The notes under the pieces were generated by a model that was not told the origin of the DNA, did not search any database, and worked only from the letters and a program-made list of their open reading frames with translations. This document shows positions 61,539 through 64,000 of a stretch of DNA of 64,000 nucleotides, piece after piece. How positions within the stretch are numbered: position 1 is the stretch's first letter; every line of letters begins with the position of its first letter. Source of the stretch: Bacteroidales bacterium (GTDB lineage Bacteria; Bacteroidota; Bacteroidia; Bacteroidales; NBLH01); the NCBI GenBank assembly GCA_050296515.1, contig JBNKRJ010000051.1, forward strand, positions 51,192 through 115,191, written 5' to 3'. Made by a program: the position numbers and the translations under genes.

Positions 61539-61694
61539 CAAATGAGACCCTCGGAGAGGGATTTATTAAGAATTTTCATCGCTATACAAAAGAACATACT
61601 TAACCTTGCAGTGCAAGCTCATGAATTCTTTAGAAATAATTAAAATGAAGATGAATAAATATCAATTACTTAACTAAAATTTAAACCAGTGAAA
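61539..61694 (+). repeat. Leader repeat copy B (inverted partner of 54717-54930)
   Basis: Identical core TGAATAAATATCAATTACTTAACTAAAATTTAAAC at 61652-61686; ends on GTGAAA start of the downstream gene. Confidence 0.9.
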
Positions 61695-64000
61695 TCAGTA
61701 AAATTCCTTCTATTTTCAATGTTGGTTATACTTATATCTTGTAGCCAAAAAAAACACCCCATGTATCAATCCAAGCAATTTAGTATAACAGATAGTACTG
61801 TAGTACAAGGCAACTATATTGCCAGGGCAATATCCTCAACAGAAATTACCTCCAACTATCAAAGTCCTGAAAGCGATAAAATATCTGCTTTAATGGAGTT
61901 TAAATTCAGCATTAATGGCAAAGACAACGAAAAGCCATTTGCAATGAATCACAAGTATCTTTTTAACACCGAAGAGGCTGCAAAAAACGAAATTACCTTG
62001 TCATTTGGAAGTAATGAATACATGCAAGACATTGATTCTGAAGGAAAAACACTACGTCCTAATACAAAAATGACAGTAAAACTTGATTTTAATAAGGTTC
62101 TAAAAGACTTTGAAGAGAAAGGGTACTTTGAAACAATTTCTGGTGAAAAAGTATATAAAGATGACTTTAAAGGATTATTCATTGCCGGAAATACGGCACC
62201 ACTTAGCTGGGATTTTGAAAACCTTCATAATAAAGGACTTGAACTGAAAGATGAAGACGGTGATGGAATTTATGAAATTGAGCTCATTATGAATCCTTAT
62301 AATCCGGATAATTTTACTTCGGCACACTGGAAACTGGCAAATGACATCAGTAAATATCCACAGTTAAACTCGGGCAAAGTGATTATTGATGCTTTGTATA
62401 ATCTGGGTTTGGATGAAACCGTAATGAACATTGAAGATGATGGGACATTCCGTACAGGTAAAGAATGGCCGGGAGTTTGGACGCGTGATGTGAGCTACAG
62501 TGTATTTCTGAGCCTGGGAGTTTTGGAACCTGAAATTTGCAAAACCAGCCTGATGAGAAAAGTAAGTAATGGAAGAATCATTCAGGATACTGGTACAGGT
62601 GGCGCATGGCCGGTTTCTTCCGACAGAACCACCTGGGTAATAGCAGCTTACGAATTGTATAAAATTACAGGTGACGAAGAGTGGCTTAACACCATCTATC
62701 CCATTATTGAAAAATCATTACAAACTGATTTAAAAACCATTGTTGATCCTAAAACAGGTTTAATGAGAGGGGAATCATCTTTTTTAGATTGGCGCAAACA
62801 GACTTATCCAAAATGGATGAACAGCGTGGATATTTATGAATCGCTTTGCCTTGGAACCAATGCTGTTCATTACCGGGCTTACGAAATTATGGCTGAGATT
62901 GCTCAATTAAAAGGCAATGATCCAACCCAATATAGCAAAGTTGCTGAAACTATTAAGCAGGCAATCAATAAACATTTATGGCAGGAGGACAAAGGTTATT
63001 ATGGACAGTTTATTTATGGAAGAACCTATAAATCATTGTCCCCGAAATCTGAAACGCTGGGGGAAGCCCTTTGCATATTGTTCGGTATCGCCGATGATGA
63101 AAAGAGCCGAAAAGTGATTGAAAATACACCCATGGTACCATTTGGTGCAGCATGTGTTTATCCTCAAATTCCCCAAATTCCACCTTATCATAACAATGGT
63201 ATCTGGCCCTTTGTTCAGGCATTCTGGAACATTTCAGCTGCCAAACAATTAAATTACAGCGCATTGGAGCATGGATTAGCATCCTTTTACCGACCTGCAG
63301 CCCTGTTTTTAACCAATAAGGAAAACTTTGTAGCCGAAAATGGTGATTTACAGGGAACTGAAATTAATTCTGACCGACAACTATGGTCCGTGGCAGCCAA
63401 TATGGCAATGGTTTACAGGGTGTTGCTGGGCATGAATTTCCGGAAAGATGGAATTGTATTAAAACCAGTTGTTCCGGAAGGTTATGGAGGTAAAATAAAG
63501 GTAACCAACTTTAAATACAGAAATGCAACACTTGATTTTGAAATAAATGGATTTGGAAATAAAATCAAAACCTTCACAATTGACGGTGAAGAACAAAAAG
63601 ATGCATTTGTCCCGGGTAATCTGACTGGTAATCATACGCTTGTTATCGAACTTAACTCTTCGATTAAAAACAAAGGAGAATTCAAACTGGTAGAGAATAA
63701 ATTTGCACCTGCCACTCCCATTGTTAAAGAAGATAAAGAAAGCGACAAAATAGCAATTGGTTGGGATAATATCTTGGAAATACAAAAGTACACAATCTTA
63801 AAAAATGGAGAAGAAGTGGATAATATTGCAAATGAAAAAGATAAAACCCGTTTCTTTTTTACCATTGATGCTCTATCTGCATTAGAAGAATACCAGGTAA
63901 TTGCAATTGATAAAAATAATTCATTTTTAAGCAAACCAATTGTAAAAGCTAAAAGCTATTATATTCAAGCAGAAGAATTTGCTCCTGCCTCAAAGCTTCC
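61689..64000 (+). CDS. Lipoprotein glycoside hydrolase, (alpha/alpha)6 MGH1-like/amylo-alpha-1,6-glucosidase-like (3' end beyond window)
   Basis: Not in ORF track (no stop in window). GTG start, MKSVKFLLFSMLVILISC lipobox; DEDGDGIYE; GKEWPGVWTRDVSYS; QDTGTGGAWPVSSDR; same frame spot-checked at 62460 and 63900. Confidence 0.8.
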   Translation, partial: MKSVKFLLFSMLVILISCSQKKHPMYQSKQFSITDSTVVQGNYIARAISSTEITSNYQSPESDKISALMEFKFSINGKDNEKPFAMNHKYLFNTEEAAKNEITLSFGSNEYMQDIDSEGKTLRPNTKMTVKLDFNKVLKDFEEKGYFETISGEKVYKDDFKGLFIAGNTAPLSWDFENLHNKGLELKDEDGDGIYEIELIMNPYNPDNFTSAHWKLANDISKYPQLNSGKVIIDALYNLGLDETVMNIEDDGTFRTGKEWPGVWTRDVSYSVFLSLGVLEPEICKTSLMRKVSNGRIIQDTGTGGAWPVSSDRTTWVIAAYELYKITGDEEWLNTIYPIIEKSLQTDLKTIVDPKTGLMRGESSFLDWRKQTYPKWMNSVDIYESLCLGTNAVHYRAYEIMAEIAQLKGNDPTQYSKVAETIKQAINKHLWQEDKGYYGQFIYGRTYKSLSPKSETLGEALCILFGIADDEKSRKVIENTPMVPFGAACVYPQIPQIPPYHNNGIWPFVQAFWNISAAKQLNYSALEHGLASFYRPAALFLTNKENFVAENGDLQGTEINSDRQLWSVAANMAMVYRVLLGMNFRKDGIVLKPVVPEGYGGKIKVTNFKYRNATLDFEINGFGNKIKTFTIDGEEQKDAFVPGNLTGNHTLVIELNSSIKNKGEFKLVENKFAPATPIVKEDKESDKIAIGWDNILEIQKYTILKNGEEVDNIANEKDKTRFFFTIDALSALEEYQVIAIDKNNSFLSKPIVKAKSYYIQAEEFAPASKL

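Noticed and set aside
54717..61694. Reading the inverted repeats as ends of an autonomous IS or composite transposon
   Set aside because: No transposase lies between them, and the outer ends run into start codons rather than a target-site duplication.
3479..63934. Many short ORF-track entries antisense or out of frame within long genes (e.g. 3479-3820, 14219-14509, 21395-21679, 29223-29585, 56983-57402, 61949-63934)
   Set aside because: They overlap well-supported genes and lack recognisable motifs; treated as shadow ORFs.
1..64000. CRISPR array, tRNA, rRNA, transposase or integrase
   Set aside because: No regularly spaced 25-45 bp repeats, cloverleafs, rRNA-like sequence or DDE/tyrosine/serine recombinase motifs were seen by eye.

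Overview
AT-rich 64 kb chromosomal window from a Bacteroidota organism, probably an anaerobic Bacteroidales/Marinilabiliales-like lineage (inferred from a T9SS C-terminal domain protein, a GldN-like protein, DUF4301 and TAnnTTTG -7 promoter motifs). It holds about 48 mostly housekeeping or envelope genes, including a GT2/GT-C glycosylation cluster, pepD, ppk1, HtrA plus Hsp20, ricT, a TonB-dependent receptor, an acyl-CoA synthetase-ACP-acyltransferase fusion, an ECF/anti-sigma pair, a GH16 T9SS glucanase, alpha-2-macroglobulin and a partial glycoside hydrolase lipoprotein. I saw no rRNA, tRNA, CRISPR array, transposase or integrase. Main observations: (1) a ~117-bp, ~85%-identical promoter/leader element with conserved hairpins occurs twice in inverted orientation around the alpha-2-macroglobulin gene, and each copy ends exactly on the GTG-AAA start of an unrelated gene; (2) one of those genes starts an AAA ATPase + DUF3226 candidate defence pair; (3) a Crp/Fnr-linked operon encodes a type VI (SqrF-like) sulfide:quinone oxidoreductase with a membrane ferredoxin and thioredoxins; (4) hsp20 has a complete sigma54-type promoter architecture; (5) several families of heptamer-periodic fold-back repeats occupy intergenic spacers; (6) duplicated DUF2062 genes bracket the GH16 gene; (7) a thioesterase gene is frameshifted. 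All family calls come from manual motif recognition, not database searches.
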